Below are positions 21,110 through 33,475 of a stretch of DNA of 64,000 nucleotides, piece by piece (position 1 is the first letter of the stretch; each line of letters starts with the position of its first letter). The position numbers and the translations under genes are program-made. The notes under the pieces were generated by a model, which had not been told where the DNA came from, made no database searches, and saw nothing but the letters and a program-made list of their open reading frames with translations. Source of the DNA: Nitrospirota bacterium (GTDB taxonomy: Bacteria; Nitrospirota; UBA9217); assembly GCA_963663225.1 (NCBI GenBank), contig OY760142.1:544001-608000 (forward strand), written 5' to 3'.

Positions 21110-24100
21110 TCAGCGAGGTTCCGTGTCGAGGACTTCCCGCATTTTTCTGGCAAGGCTTTGGGGAGTGTATGGTTTGCCGATAAAATTCAGATTTTTTTCG
21201 AGCACGCCGTGATGGACAACCACGTCTGCCGTGTACCCTGAGGTGAACAATACCTTCATCTCCGGATGAAGTCCGAGCAGCCGTTCCGCCAGATCCCTGC
21301 CGTTCATTCCCGGCATCACCACATCAGTCATCAAAAGATCGATCCGCCCGGCGTGTTTTTCCGCGAGCATGAACGCCTCGCCGCCGTTCGGCGCAGAGAG
21401 CACTTTGTATCCCAGTTCCTTCAGGATCATCAGCGCCACCTGGCGCACGCTCGCCTCATCCTCGACAAGCAGTACTGTCTCATTGCCCGCGGGCAGGTCC
21501 AGTGCGGGTTCGTCCCGGGAAAGCTTCTCGGCCTGTTCTGCAAATCTCGGCAGATAGATTTTAAACGTCGTACCATGCCCTATCTCGGAATACACTTCAA
21601 TAGAGCCTTCGGCCTGCTGGACCAGCCCGAAGATCATGGCAAGACCAAGTCCTGTCCCCCGTCCCTGATCTTTGGTCGTGAAGAAGGGTTCGAAAATATG
21701 CTCCTTCACCTCATCGCTCATGCCCGACCCCGTGTCGCTTACAGCCAGCAGAACGAACTTTCCGGGACGCGCCTGCGGATGGTAGGTGCAGTAGCTTTCG
21801 TCAAGGTCCACGTTGGCCGTCTCGATCATGAGCTTGCCGCCGTCCGGCATGGCGTCCCGGGCATTCACCACAAGGTTTACCAGGACCTGTTCGAACTGCC
21901 CCGGGTCGACCTTGACTGAGCCGGGTTCTTTCCCGAGAGAGGTCAGCAGCTCAATGTCCTCGCCGACAATGCGGACCAGCATCTTATAGAGGTTCTCGAT
22001 AAGGTCATTCAGCCGCAGCACCTTCGGCTCGATGATCTGCTTGCGCGAAAACGCAAGGAGCTGGCGGGTCAACGATGCCGCGCTAGCGGCCGCATTGTTC
22101 ACTTCGTTCAGATGTTGAGCAAGCGGGTCGAGCGGATTGAGGCCTCTCTTGGCCAGCTCCAGATTCCCGATAATAATCGTAAGGAGATTATTGAAATCGT
22201 GGGCAATCCCACCTGCCAAACGACCGACTGCCTCCATTTTCATGGCCTGCCGCAGCTGCTCCTGAAGTTTGTTTCTCTCCGTGATATCGCGGGTGTTCAG
22301 CACTACGGCCTTCACGACCGGATCGTGAAGCAGGTTGCTCCCTACAATTTCCAGAGTGATCCAATGTCCCTTTTTGTGCCGGTAACGGGTTTCAAGCCTG
22401 CGGGCGAGGCCTGGATGTACGAGAGCCTCGAAAAAACTCTTTTTTGCAGGCTCCCGGTCATCGGAATGTAACAAGCCAAAACAACTGGTCCCGATCAGTT
22501 CTTCCGGCTTGTATCCCGTGATCCTCTCCAGGGGGCCGCTGATCGAGGTTTGGATGCCGTTCGCGTCCACCAGCGTGACAATGTCGTTGGAATGCTGTAC
22601 CAGCCGTTTGAAGCGCTCTTCACTCACCCGCAAAGCTTCCGCAGCCTGTTTCTGTCTGGTGATGTCGACCTGGTGCCACAATCGTCCAAACGGTTTTCCA
22701 TTCACGGATATGGGAATAAAATCCCGCAGGTGAGTCTGGTCGTCCTGCATCTGCACTTCCTCGCTCCGTACCGGTTTCCCTTCGGCGACGATTTCCAGAA
22801 TTCTGGTGCCTGCTTCGTCGGGGTGCAGATATCTTCTTTTGATTTTATCGATTATTTCCTGGGAAGTAAGCTCGGTCAGCATCTCCGGCCGTTCTTTCAA
22901 ACGGTACAAATCACAGAATGCCTGGTTGGCAAATTCTATTCTCCCTTCATTCGTCACGAGTAAAATGCTGTTATACATATTTGCGAGGATTGCATAAAAC
23001 CGCTGCAGAGTGGTCCGCAGCTTCTCCTCAGCGCGCTTGCGCTCCGATATATCCGTGAAAGCAGCGATCATGTTGTTGGGTGATGTCTGAAACGCGTGCA
23101 CCTCGAATATGCCCTGGATACGGCCATCATCGTAGACTAAATTTTCTGTATGCCACGGAATTCCGAAGGCGGCCGCATCGCGGTATCGCCGGGGTAATTC
23201 AGTCTCTTGCAGAGGGGGGAACGCTTCTTCTATGGTCTTGCCGATGAAAACCCGGTGGTCCACACCGATAATCCTGTCGGCAGCCGAATTACCACCGTTG
23301 AACACCAGACGGTCATCGTTTTCCAGACGATAGTAATACACTCCGATTGCAAGCGATTCCACGATGAACCTGGTCCTGTTCTCGGATTCGCGCAATATCT
23401 GCTCGGTCTGTTTTCGCTCGGTGATATTGCGCGCGATGCCGAGAATCCGCAGCGGCTTCCCTTGTTCATCCCGCATAAGCGTCCCATTGGCCTCGACCCA
23501 TCTCATGCGTCCATCCGCCTGCGGGACGCGGAATTGCACGTGATATTCCTGCTCACCGCGAAGAGCCGACTGCACCGTTGACATCACGCCTTCCCGGTCC
23601 TCCGGATGGATGCTTTGAAAAAGATCTGAAACGCCCGGATGATAAAATCCTTCCGGCCTTCCAAAGAGCTCATGCACTGGGCCGGTTTCAGTATGGGTGC
23701 CGTCAACATTGATCTCCCAGGCGACAACATGGGCGGCATCGAGTGTCAGTTTCAGCCTTTTTGCGCTTTCCTCCAGGGACTTTTCCGCCTGCTTTCGTTC
23801 TGTAATGTCATGGACGATGCCGCGGTACGCTACAATATCGCCTGTTTTATTCCGTATTGCGGTAGAAGTCGACAGCACCGTCAGCCTTTTGCCATCTTTC
23901 CTTTTCAGCGTTACTTCAAAATCCTTTACAAATCCGTTTTCTTTGAGCAGCGCCACGTATTTGCATCTATCTTCAGGATTGGTAAAAACATCTCTGGCTG
24001 TATTCAGCGCCAAAACTTCGTCATTTGACGAATAGCCGAGCAACTCCACCGCCGCAGGATTTACATCCAAATATTTTCCTTCCAGCGAGCTCACAAAAAT

Positions 24101-25261
24101 CGCGTCTTTCGACTCTTCGAAAAGGAGCTGATAATTTATTTCAGACTGTCTGCGCTCTTCCTTCTGATATTCAAGCGCGGCGGCCATGCGGTTAAAGCTG
24201 TCACCCAACTGGCCGATTTCATCCCGTTTACCGCCCCCCATGTCCACCCGTATGCTCAGGTCCCCCCGCGAAATGACGTCCGCAGCCCCGATCAGTTTTC
24301 TCACGCGGCGCATGATGAAATAGTCTCCGCCATACCACGCAATGGCGCATGCCATGCCCAATAATACAATGAGTACCGCTAGATTTCTCACCAGCCTGCG
24401 GTTTATTTCGGAATAAACCGCTTCCCGGGACATAGCGTATCTGACATGCAGACCTTTGTCTGTGCCCTGCACCAGGGTAAATGCCCATATCCGCGCGACG
24501 CCGTCCATCCCTGTTGCGGTGACGATTCCCTCGTCCCGGGTCTGGGTCTCGATTGCCTTAGTGACCGCTGAATCCGCCATACTAGCACCGGACCATTTTT
24601 CCGTTTCCGGGTACCGGTAGAGAACGGTCAGGTTGCGGTCCAGCACGGTCAGGCTCGCCTGCTCAGACAGCGGCACTTCTTTCAGCTTTTCTTTAAAAGC
24701 GTTTAAATCAATGGCCAAGAATACAACAGATTTAACCTGATCTTTTTTGTCAAGCACCGGTAGCGCCACATTTATCTGCGGATGTCCGTTGATTCTTGAA
24801 AATTGAAACTCGCCGAATGACAATGTCTTTTTCCGGATAGCATTTATGAAGTAGGGCCGGTCTGATATGTTTACTATCTTGGTGAAGGGGATAGCACTGC
24901 AAAAAAGATTTCCGTCCGGTTTTGCAACGGCTATATTGTTGTAGATAGGCAGTTTCTTTTTGAAATTCGCAAGGTAGGTACTGCACACATTAGCGTCATA
25001 ATTCTGCACCGCGGTAAATTCCGTGAGGCCGCTCAGGACCTGCTGAGATCCCTCCACAATCTGTTCAAGATAATTCGCGGACAGTATTGCCATCCGCATG
25101 GTTTCGGCGCGGGCTTCTGCTTCTTTCTGATTTCGCTGCTCTGAAGCTGAGAACAGCAGGAAGGCCAGTGCGGGAATGGACGCAATGATTACCAGAATCA
25201 GGAGGCGAGTTCGAAGGCTGGAAAAATTGAATGCCGGCAAGGTTGCTCCCTTCTGGGCCAA
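21110..25261 (-). CDS. Membrane hybrid histidine kinase: dCache-HAMP-5xPAS-HisKA-HATPase-REC
   Basis: Two TMs around a dCache (SDRPYF), HAMP ([11 protein letters not shown]), five PAS/PAC blocks ending [52 protein letters not shown], receiver DVVMPGMNG...KPY. TTG start is uncertain. Confidence 0.93.
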   Translation of the reverse strand: MAQKGATLPAFNFSSLRTRLLILVIIASIPALAFLLFSASEQRNQKEAEARAETMRMAILSANYLEQIVEGSQQVLSGLTEFTAVQNYDANVCSTYLANFKKKLPIYNNIAVAKPDGNLFCSAIPFTKIVNISDRPYFINAIRKKTLSFGEFQFSRINGHPQINVALPVLDKKDQVKSVVFLAIDLNAFKEKLKEVPLSEQASLTVLDRNLTVLYRYPETEKWSGASMADSAVTKAIETQTRDEGIVTATGMDGVARIWAFTLVQGTDKGLHVRYAMSREAVYSEINRRLVRNLAVLIVLLGMACAIAWYGGDYFIMRRVRKLIGAADVISRGDLSIRVDMGGGKRDEIGQLGDSFNRMAAALEYQKEERRQSEINYQLLFEESKDAIFVSSLEGKYLDVNPAAVELLGYSSNDEVLALNTARDVFTNPEDRCKYVALLKENGFVKDFEVTLKRKDGKRLTVLSTSTAIRNKTGDIVAYRGIVHDITERKQAEKSLEESAKRLKLTLDAAHVVAWEINVDGTHTETGPVHELFGRPEGFYHPGVSDLFQSIHPEDREGVMSTVQSALRGEQEYHVQFRVPQADGRMRWVEANGTLMRDEQGKPLRILGIARNITERKQTEQILRESENRTRFIVESLAIGVYYYRLENDDRLVFNGGNSAADRIIGVDHRVFIGKTIEEAFPPLQETELPRRYRDAAAFGIPWHTENLVYDDGRIQGIFEVHAFQTSPNNMIAAFTDISERKRAEEKLRTTLQRFYAILANMYNSILLVTNEGRIEFANQAFCDLYRLKERPEMLTELTSQEIIDKIKRRYLHPDEAGTRILEIVAEGKPVRSEEVQMQDDQTHLRDFIPISVNGKPFGRLWHQVDITRQKQAAEALRVSEERFKRLVQHSNDIVTLVDANGIQTSISGPLERITGYKPEELIGTSCFGLLHSDDREPAKKSFFEALVHPGLARRLETRYRHKKGHWITLEIVGSNLLHDPVVKAVVLNTRDITERNKLQEQLRQAMKMEAVGRLAGGIAHDFNNLLTIIIGNLELAKRGLNPLDPLAQHLNEVNNAAASAASLTRQLLAFSRKQIIEPKVLRLNDLIENLYKMLVRIVGEDIELLTSLGKEPGSVKVDPGQFEQVLVNLVVNARDAMPDGGKLMIETANVDLDESYCTYHPQARPGKFVLLAVSDTGSGMSDEVKEHIFEPFFTTKDQGRGTGLGLAMIFGLVQQAEGSIEVYSEIGHGTTFKIYLPRFAEQAEKLSRDEPALDLPAGNETVLLVEDEASVRQVALMILKELGYKVLSAPNGGEAFMLAEKHAGRIDLLMTDVVMPGMNGRDLAERLLGLHPEMKVLFTSGYTADVVVHHGVLEKNLNFIGKPYTPQSLARKMREVLDTEPR

Positions 25262-25431
25262 ATCCGTATATCGAACCTGTCTGTTAATAGTATAACAAAA
25301 ATATTACTCACGAACACATCCTTTTTTTCTTTTCATGAGCATCTGTGGAACTACGGTCGATGACAGGGAGTCCCGGACGAAAATCATGCACGCAGTTTTT
25401 AGGCTTTTTCCCGGGCATCCAATATGTGGTT

Positions 25432-27138
25432 TTATATTTTGAAAAAAGCGGTTACTTCTTTTAAGCCGTCCGAGAGCCGGGCAAGTTCCGCAGCTGCGGC
25501 TTTGATCTGATCAGCGGAACTTGCAGCGCGCTGTGTTATGCTTGAAATATTCGCCATATTTTGCGAAACCTGCTCCGAGGCCGCTGATTGCTCTTCAGTC
25601 GCCGCTGCAATACGCTGCACCATGTCCATCGCGCCGGTCGCAGCCTCCACAATGGAGTTCAGCGAGGTGCTTGCCTCTTTTGCCAGCCCCACGCCGTTCT
25701 CAACCTCAGTGCTGCTGTTTTTTACCACTTCAACCGCGCCGGTTGCAGCAGCCTGGATACCGCTGATTCTGTCGGCAATGTCTTTTGTCGCCTGGGTTGT
25801 CCGTTCCGCAAGCTTTCTCACTTCATCGGCCACCACGGCGAACCCCCTTCCCTGCTCTCCGGCCCGTGCAGCCTCAATGGCCGCATTCAGGGCCAGCAGG
25901 TTCGTCTGGTCCGCAATGCCGTTGATAACCGCGACAATCTCGCCGATCTGTGCGGAGCTTTTCCCGAGCTCTTCAATAGTAGCCGCGGTCTGCTGCACGG
26001 TCTGCGCAATTTTTGCCATGTCATCAGCAGACCGGTCGACTGTTTCCTTGCCCTTTACTGCCGTTTCCGAAACTTTCTTGCTCGCATCGGCAGCATGAGA
26101 CGCATTTTTTGCCACATCCATGATGGTCTGGGAAACTTCGGTCATGGCGGTCACAATCTGCTCTACCTGCGACAACAGCTCTTTTGAACCGCTGTTCAGA
26201 TCATCCGCGGATGTTGAGAGCTGTACACTGCCTGACGCGACCCGCTCTGATGCGGATTTAATCTCGCCGGCGATCGTCTTTAGTTTGCCGGACATTTTTT
26301 CCATGGAAGCGTAGATCCCGCTCTTTGTTTTGCTGTTTGATTGAAATTGGACTTTAAGATCACCTTCAGATATCTTTTCTGCAATATCCGCAATTACGGC
26401 CGGCTCACCGCCAACCTGCTTCAGCAGTTTGCGAGTAACAAAATTCGATACAAATACCGCCACGATAACGCAGAGTATCGTGCCGACTACCAATAAGAGT
26501 ATGCCCTTTCTGAATTTCCCCTGGAAATCTTCCTCCTGTTTTTTCAGGATAGCCTCAATGGTGTCAATATAATTACCGGAAGCAATAATCCAGCCAAACG
26601 GTTTGAATTCTACAACATAACTTCTCTTGGGAAGCGGAACAGTCCCGCCGTCTTTAGGAAACCAGTAAACAGTAAACCCACCGTCCTGCTTCACGCCTTC
26701 CTTGAGCAAGTCACGCACGATATAATTGCCTTTTTTGTCCTGCATATCGATCCTGTTGGTGCCGATATTTTTAGTATTCGGATGGGCGACGCTGATGCCT
26801 TCCATAGTATAGGCAATAATATATCCGTCATTCCCGAATCTAAGCGTCATCAGCTGGCTGGCTCCGATTTTCTTCGCCTGTTCGAGCGTGAATTCCTTGT
26901 TCTGGTGCCTGTTGTAAATGCCCTGCAGCAGCGAAACCGCAGTCTGGACTTCGCTTTTGGCCAGCGTGTCAAAGTCCGCATAGAGCATTTCCCGCTGTTC
27001 TGCTGTTGCCTGCGAGTAGATTTTATAACTTTGTAGCAGCGCTATTCCGCTTACGACAAAGGCCACAGACACACACGCCGCTATTACCAAAAGAGAAATT
27101 TTATTTCCAAATGTGTTGATTTTATGTGTTGTTTTCAT
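25432..27138 (-). CDS. Methyl-accepting chemotaxis protein with a single-Cache sensor
   Basis: sCache_2-like periplasmic domain (GYIIAY...HP...DKKG...Y.FPK...PKRSY...GWIIASGNY); signalling hairpin [38 protein letters not shown]. Confidence 0.95.
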   Translation of the reverse strand: MKTTHKINTFGNKISLLVIAACVSVAFVVSGIALLQSYKIYSQATAEQREMLYADFDTLAKSEVQTAVSLLQGIYNRHQNKEFTLEQAKKIGASQLMTLRFGNDGYIIAYTMEGISVAHPNTKNIGTNRIDMQDKKGNYIVRDLLKEGVKQDGGFTVYWFPKDGGTVPLPKRSYVVEFKPFGWIIASGNYIDTIEAILKKQEEDFQGKFRKGILLLVVGTILCVIVAVFVSNFVTRKLLKQVGGEPAVIADIAEKISEGDLKVQFQSNSKTKSGIYASMEKMSGKLKTIAGEIKSASERVASGSVQLSTSADDLNSGSKELLSQVEQIVTAMTEVSQTIMDVAKNASHAADASKKVSETAVKGKETVDRSADDMAKIAQTVQQTAATIEELGKSSAQIGEIVAVINGIADQTNLLALNAAIEAARAGEQGRGFAVVADEVRKLAERTTQATKDIADRISGIQAAATGAVEVVKNSSTEVENGVGLAKEASTSLNSIVEAATGAMDMVQRIAAATEEQSAASEQVSQNMANISSITQRAASSADQIKAAAAELARLSDGLKEVTAFFKI

Positions 27139-27246
27139 GGTTTTGGCCTTTCTGCACTGGTTTTAATTATTACCCATGTTGCGACTTAAGTATCTGTTTT
27201 TTAAAGATTACTAATGCTATTTTTTGCAATTTTCTGCTTATCACTA

Positions 27247-27273
27247 CTATCGGTTTTCTATGCATAAACTTTA
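27247..27273 (-). promoter_or_regulatory. Sigma28 (FliA) promoter of the MCP
   Basis: Minus strand TAAAGTTT-N11-ACCGATAG versus the consensus TAAAGTTT-N11-GCCGATAA, about 110 nt upstream of a chemoreceptor. Confidence 0.78.
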
Positions 27274-27472
27274 ATCAGAAGAGACAAAAAATTGGTGGTA
27301 AGAAAGAGACGTGTTTGATTCCGCCAGTTGGATGGAAAGGCAGACTAGGGATTTTACTGGCAAAGCAAAACCGTAAAGCAGGCTTGTTGCTGTGTTAATC
27401 TGAGGAGAAGACGAAAGCCCCGGATTGCCCGAAGCCTTGTATCAATGAAAGCAGGAAGTTCTGATCGCCACA

Positions 27473-28726
27473 TCATGTCTTGTCGTTTTTCAGCGTTTTT
27501 ATTTTGTCTTCCAGCGTTTTCGCACAATCGGGGCAAATCCCGTGGCTGAACATGGCATCAGAATGTTCGCAGAAGTATTTTTCCAATGCCTCCCAGGATT
27601 GCTGCTCATTCTGAATTTTTTTGCAGTACGAACAGATGGAGATGATTCCTTCCAGCCGTTTTACCCTGGAGAGGGCTTCGTTCAGCTCTTCATTTCGGCG
27701 CTGCATTTCTTCAGCATGTTGTTTTGCTTCTGCATGAAGAAGGGTAGTAATTCTGCTTCTATAAATCATACGAGATGATATGATCATCGCCAACGCAAAG
27801 ATGGCGATCAACATCAGTGCGCTTGCTGCTTCCTCGTACCAAGGGGTCAGATAGTCGCCCGGAGCGGTCGTGGCAAAAACATAAAATGGATATCTGTCGG
27901 TTTTGCGGAAGGTCACCTTTCGTTCTTTGTTATCGCGCGCAAATACCGTATTGTATGTTGCAGTAACAGGATTTGCCCTGATCATGTCGCGGGTCTTCTG
28001 CGATATGACGTCCGAGCCGATCTGACTTGCCGGTTCCTGGCTCTTCGGATGCAAAGCAATCAGATTGAGTTCTGCATCCCTGATGCCTATTGCGCCACCC
28101 TTGCCGATCTCCAGTTGTGAAAAAAGCTTGTCGAAATATTTGACGTCAAACTGTGCAACCGCCGCTCCGCCAAAAGAACCGTCAGGATGGTTAACTCTTC
28201 TGGCTAGCAAGATACTCCACTTCCCGGATTCGCGTCCCAGCAGCAGTTTGGATACAACCAGATTTTCTTCCGGATTGCTGCGAAGTCGCTTAAAATAGTC
28301 GCGGTCGCTGATGTTTGTCGGTTTTCCGGCAGGGACATTGGTTCCGTACAACATATTCCCCCCGACATCAGTGACACGCATGCCGTACACTTCCGGAAAC
28401 TGTTGAACTTGTCTGGCAATATATGCATTCAGTTCCTTCTTTTTAATACCACCTGCAACCAGCTGTCTCTCGGTTTCCTGCGACACGGCGAGCAAGCCGA
28501 TATCGATCTTGTCAAAAATATCACCCAGGTGAGTGTCAAAGGACTTCGTCAGGTTCTGGATCGTAACTATGGCCATCGCATCATAGTGCCGACGGCTATT
28601 ATAGAGTGCAAGCCCCACAAGGGTTATGACAAACAGGATGATGACAATTGTGCCTGCTGCCAATCTACGGGCAAAATTATCCCGCTGTTCAGCGTTGTGC
28701 GTTTTTAAATCACCATTTTCGTTCAT
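27473..28726 (-). CDS. Membrane dCache sensor with a C-terminal Cys/His-rich (putative Zn-binding) domain and no kinase or cyclase
   Basis: TM-dCache (SDRDYF, SGKWSILLARR, DGSFGG)-TM-coiled coil-ICSYCKKI...W..LE.Y...HS...FSHGICPDC. Confidence 0.85.
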   Translation of the reverse strand: MNENGDLKTHNAEQRDNFARRLAAGTIVIILFVITLVGLALYNSRRHYDAMAIVTIQNLTKSFDTHLGDIFDKIDIGLLAVSQETERQLVAGGIKKKELNAYIARQVQQFPEVYGMRVTDVGGNMLYGTNVPAGKPTNISDRDYFKRLRSNPEENLVVSKLLLGRESGKWSILLARRVNHPDGSFGGAAVAQFDVKYFDKLFSQLEIGKGGAIGIRDAELNLIALHPKSQEPASQIGSDVISQKTRDMIRANPVTATYNTVFARDNKERKVTFRKTDRYPFYVFATTAPGDYLTPWYEEAASALMLIAIFALAMIISSRMIYRSRITTLLHAEAKQHAEEMQRRNEELNEALSRVKRLEGIISICSYCKKIQNEQQSWEALEKYFCEHSDAMFSHGICPDCAKTLEDKIKTLKNDKT

Positions 28727-29045
28727 AGGGATATAACCTTTATAATTTCATACTTGGCATACGTATAAGATGAAAATTTATAGAAAGAATTACTGCTTAT
28801 AATATATTGTAGCAACTATTGCAGAAAATAACGCAAAATGTTGCAAAAAGTTGCCTAATATAAATGAAACGATAAAAATATTCAAGACAAATTTGACGCG
28901 ATTGAATATTTATTAGGAGGGAAGTCAGTTCACTACGCGCACCATTATTCGGAAGGTTTACGGGATGGAGTTGACACACGGGACAGGATTATCACATTTT
29001 TATCACAGCAAAAAAAGCGTTTCCGCCGATTCACGCAAAACAAAA

Positions 29046-29579
29046 TCACGAAATCCCGAGTTTATGGGCCCAACTCAACACCTCTGATGCCGCAGAGCTT
29101 GCATTGGTTCCCTGTATGGCAAGTCCCTCCAGCACGGTAGCCTTGGGGCATGCCTTGGCAATATCCTTTTCGCTGCGGCCCATGCCGCTTCCTTCATGGG
29201 TACAGAATGGCACGATTGTCTTTCCCGAGAAATCATAGCTCTCCAGGAACGCATAGACCGGCATAGGCATCGTCCCCCACCAATTCGGATACCCCAAAAA
29301 TATCACCTCGTATGCCTCAATGTTTTCGACACGTCCGTTCAGCTTCGGCCTGGCCTTGGTACGCAGTTCATTCCTGGCAACTTCCGTTGTTTCAGAATAA
29401 TCTTTGGGATAGGCGGCGGCAGTCTCAATGTGAAATAGGTCGCCTCCCGTTTGTCTCTGAATCATCTTTGCGACAAGTTCGGTATTGCCGACTTTGAGAT
29501 CGACAATCCTGCCGCTAACATAGTTTTCTCCCTTCCGGGAGAAATAGGCTATCAGACATTTCCTGTTCGTTAAGTTCAT
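29046..29579 (-). CDS. Flavodoxin-like protein (Flavodoxin_4 type)
   Basis: LIAYFSR...GNT, LGYPNWWGTMP, PFCTHEGSG. Start set at MNLTNRK behind GAGGA. Confidence 0.9.
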   Translation of the reverse strand: MNLTNRKCLIAYFSRKGENYVSGRIVDLKVGNTELVAKMIQRQTGGDLFHIETAAAYPKDYSETTEVARNELRTKARPKLNGRVENIEAYEVIFLGYPNWWGTMPMPVYAFLESYDFSGKTIVPFCTHEGSGMGRSEKDIAKACPKATVLEGLAIQGTNASSAASEVLSWAHKLGIS

Positions 29580-29595
29580 AACGGGATCCTCATTA

Positions 29596-29925
29596 TTAAA
29601 ATTGTTTCTTCTCAAGCACGTTCTTCAAATGACTGAAGCCTGACGCCGCAGTCGGCCAACCTGCATAGAACGCAATATGCGTAATCGCAGCTACCAGCTC
29701 TTCCTTTGTCAGGCCGTTCTCGAACGCCTTGTTCAGATGGAACTCTACTTGCTCGATACGATTCAGAGCGACCAGACACGTGACGGTGATCAGGCTTTTG
29801 TCTCGCTGCGAGAGCGGAGGACGCTTCCAGACATCCTCGAAGAGAAAATCCTGGGTAAGCTTCGCGAATTCAGGCGCTATCGCCGCTAATTCACTTGTTG
29901 CTTTTTGGACGTCGCTGTTTGACAT
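29596..29925 (-). CDS. Carboxymuconolactone decarboxylase family protein
   Basis: LFEDVWKRPPLSQRDKSLIT...HL..A..NGLT.EE...ITHIAFYAGWP; no CxxC motif. Confidence 0.9.
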   Translation of the reverse strand: MSNSDVQKATSELAAIAPEFAKLTQDFLFEDVWKRPPLSQRDKSLITVTCLVALNRIEQVEFHLNKAFENGLTKEELVAAITHIAFYAGWPTAASGFSHLKNVLEKKQF

Positions 29926-30113
29926 ACCTATCTCCTTTCTTGGTTAAAACTGCCGGGTAAGTGAAAAACTGCTTGGGTTCATGATCCTGTATTTTATTCT
30001 GCAACCCGATTCACGGGCATGCGCAAGGCATAAGGGTTGCTCACGTTCCGCGTTAGTTATAAGGCGGGTCGCTGCCTTCTCCTCGTGAAGAGGCAAACAC
30101 TCGGTCGGCTACC

Positions 30114-31097
30114 TTAGACTTGCGTAATCAACTCATACTGATCATTGCCCATTCTCAACTCTTTCATGTAGGACAGCTGACGCAGCCCCTTGCGGGATTC
30201 GATGCGTTCCTGAAGGTCATGCAGTTCCGCTTCAGGCAGCTTATACACCATGTCTATGGACGCCTGCTCTACGGTCAAGAGATCGGTGGAAGCCAGGATG
30301 CCCAGATCACGCGCTTTGACCGGCGCGGCCCTGACACCAGCGCAGTCGCAGTCCACGGACATATTGCGCAGTACATTTATATAAACAATCCTGTTGCCAA
30401 AATAATCCATGACGGCTTTAGCCGCCTCCACCATGTTCTCCTGAAAAGGTTCGCCTTTCAGCCATCTATCATAATTTACGTTGTCCGGAGCGCCGTGGAT
30501 CATTTTCTTGCCTATGCGCCCATCCGCGCAACCTATGGCGATATTTTTCAGTGAACCGCCAAAGCCGCCGCTGGCGTGACCCTTGAAATGGGTCAACACC
30601 ACCATCGAGTCATAATCGAGCATGTGCTTGCCGACCGACATTTCCTTGAAATGCTTCCCGCCTTTGACGGGAATCAGCGCTGCCCCGTCCTCATCCATGA
30701 TGTCAACCGTGCAGAAATCCCAGCCGTTAACCCGAATGGTTTCGCGATGATCTGCCGTAGTATATCTCTTGCCCATATACAGAGTATTTGTTTCCACCAG
30801 ACTGCTGTTGATAATTTGCTTCTGCAGCGCCCGCACCATGTTCCGCGGCAGTATATTGGGGCCATTCGGCTCGCCGGTGTGGACTTTGATCCCGACTTTG
30901 CCCGTTATGTTGTGATTGATTCTGGAATAGATTTTCAGCAACCCATCGGCGCTGATGTCTTTTGTGAAATAGACCTGGGATTTGCCCTGTTGCGCCGCAA
31001 GAGCGATATCCAGCCCCTTGAAATCACCTACGGCAACAGCGCCCAGTACGATTGAGCTTCCTTTCAGAAAACTTCGCCGTGAAATATTCTTCTCCAT
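30114..31097 (-). CDS. DUF362-domain protein with a Tat signal peptide
   Basis: SRRSFLK twin-arginine motif; KVHTGE, HFKGH...GFGGSLKNIAIGCA, VDCDC, D.GILASTD...QAS.D. Confidence 0.85.
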   Translation of the reverse strand: MEKNISRRSFLKGSSIVLGAVAVGDFKGLDIALAAQQGKSQVYFTKDISADGLLKIYSRINHNITGKVGIKVHTGEPNGPNILPRNMVRALQKQIINSSLVETNTLYMGKRYTTADHRETIRVNGWDFCTVDIMDEDGAALIPVKGGKHFKEMSVGKHMLDYDSMVVLTHFKGHASGGFGGSLKNIAIGCADGRIGKKMIHGAPDNVNYDRWLKGEPFQENMVEAAKAVMDYFGNRIVYINVLRNMSVDCDCAGVRAAPVKARDLGILASTDLLTVEQASIDMVYKLPEAELHDLQERIESRKGLRQLSYMKELRMGNDQYELITQV

Positions 31098-31149
31098 GTT
31101 TATCTTCCCTTCCGGAGCGCCATGGCTTTCATGATGGATTCTTTTGCCA

Positions 31150-32205
31150 TCAGGACTTCAGCGACGCCATATCGATTGAGAAGCGGTACTTCACATCTGA
31201 CTTGAGTAGCCGCTCGTAAGCTTCATTGACCTTCTGGATGGGGATGACTTCGACATCTGCAGTGATACTGTGCTTGCCGCAAAAATCGAGCATCTCCTGT
31301 GTCTCGGGGATGCCGCCAATGATCGAACCGGAGAGACTGCGGCGGCCAAACAAAAGAGCGAAGGCGGAGACAGCAAGAGGTTTTTCCGGGGCGCCGACAA
31401 GGGTTATATTGCCGTCCCTGCCAAGCATGTTAATGTAGGCGTTAATGTCGTGGTCGGCAGCGATGGTGTCAAGGATAAAGTCGAATGTGCCTGCGTGCTT
31501 TTGCATTTCTTCGAGGTTTCTGGAAATGATGACTTCATCGGCTCCCAAACGGAGCGCATCTTCTTTCTTGGCCGGTGAAGTAGTGAAGACAACTACACGG
31601 GCCCCGAAGGCGCGGGCGAACTTGACCCCCATATGGCCCAACCCGCCCAGACCGACTATGCCTACCTTCCTGCCTTTGATGTCACCCCAGCGCCGCAAGG
31701 GAGAGTATGTCGTGATCCCGGCGCAAAGCAGAGGCGCCACACCAGCAAGATTTAGGTTGGCGGGAACGCGCAGAACGAAGCGCTCATCTACCATTATGCT
31801 TTCTGAGTAGCCGCCGTAGGTGACGCCCCCGAGGTGTTTGTCCGGAGAGTTGAAAGTGAGGGTCTGGTTTGGGCATAATTGCTCCAGTCCATCCTTGCAA
31901 TTGGGGCACGTATGATCTGAATCAACCAGGCAGCCGACGCCGACAAGATCGCCCGGCCTGTACTTCGTTACCGCAGAACCGACTCTTGTGACACGGCCTA
32001 CGATCTCGTGGCCGGGCACGCAGGGGTAGACCGTGGGCATTATACTGCTCCACTCGTTGCGGACCGTGTGCAGATCGGAGTGACAGATACCGCAGAAAAG
32101 GATTTCGATCTGAACGTCGCGCTCAGTAGCGTCGCGTCTTGGAATTGTATCTGAAACCAGCGGCGATGTTGCGCTTGCAGCGGAATATGCTTTTGCTTTG
32201 TACAT
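31150..32205 (-). CDS. Zn-dependent NAD(P) alcohol dehydrogenase (cinnamyl-ADH/YahK-like aldehyde reductase)
   Basis: CGICHSD, GHEIVG, APLLCAGITTYSPL, GLGGLG, DVKYRF motifs. Confidence 0.93.
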   Translation of the reverse strand: MYKAKAYSAASATSPLVSDTIPRRDATERDVQIEILFCGICHSDLHTVRNEWSSIMPTVYPCVPGHEIVGRVTRVGSAVTKYRPGDLVGVGCLVDSDHTCPNCKDGLEQLCPNQTLTFNSPDKHLGGVTYGGYSESIMVDERFVLRVPANLNLAGVAPLLCAGITTYSPLRRWGDIKGRKVGIVGLGGLGHMGVKFARAFGARVVVFTTSPAKKEDALRLGADEVIISRNLEEMQKHAGTFDFILDTIAADHDINAYINMLGRDGNITLVGAPEKPLAVSAFALLFGRRSLSGSIIGGIPETQEMLDFCGKHSITADVEVIPIQKVNEAYERLLKSDVKYRFSIDMASLKS

Positions 32206-32267
32206 TTTTGTATCCTCCTGTTATTTACTACCCGTCTGATATTGTGCGTCTCTGCTGACTATCATGC

Positions 32268-33317
<1,050 letters not shown>

Positions 33318-33349
33318 TCACATCTGTTTGCCGCCCTGCTATTGTTTCT

Positions 33350-33411
33350 ATTGTAAGTCTGAACCAGGGAAACGGATAGACCATTCCTGCTCAATTCTTG
33401 CCTGATCCTCC
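33350..33411 (-). promoter_or_regulatory. Putative AraC-activated promoter of the AKR operon (tandem activator half-sites plus -10)
   Basis: Minus strand direct repeats GGAGGATCAGGCAA and GCAGGAATGGTCTA start 21 bp apart. The proximal one overlaps the -35 position of a TACAAT -10 (33350-33355). The AraC gene is divergent and adjacent. Confidence 0.6.
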
Positions 33412-33475
33412 GAGAATTGAGATAAATGATTGAATATCAATGCACTGTCTGTTAATATTTAGAAAGGAGGCATAA

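Noticed and set aside
29990-30110. Integron attC site in the DUF362-CMD spacer
   Set aside because: No properly paired RYYYAAC...GTTRRRY boxes and no integron integrase in the window.
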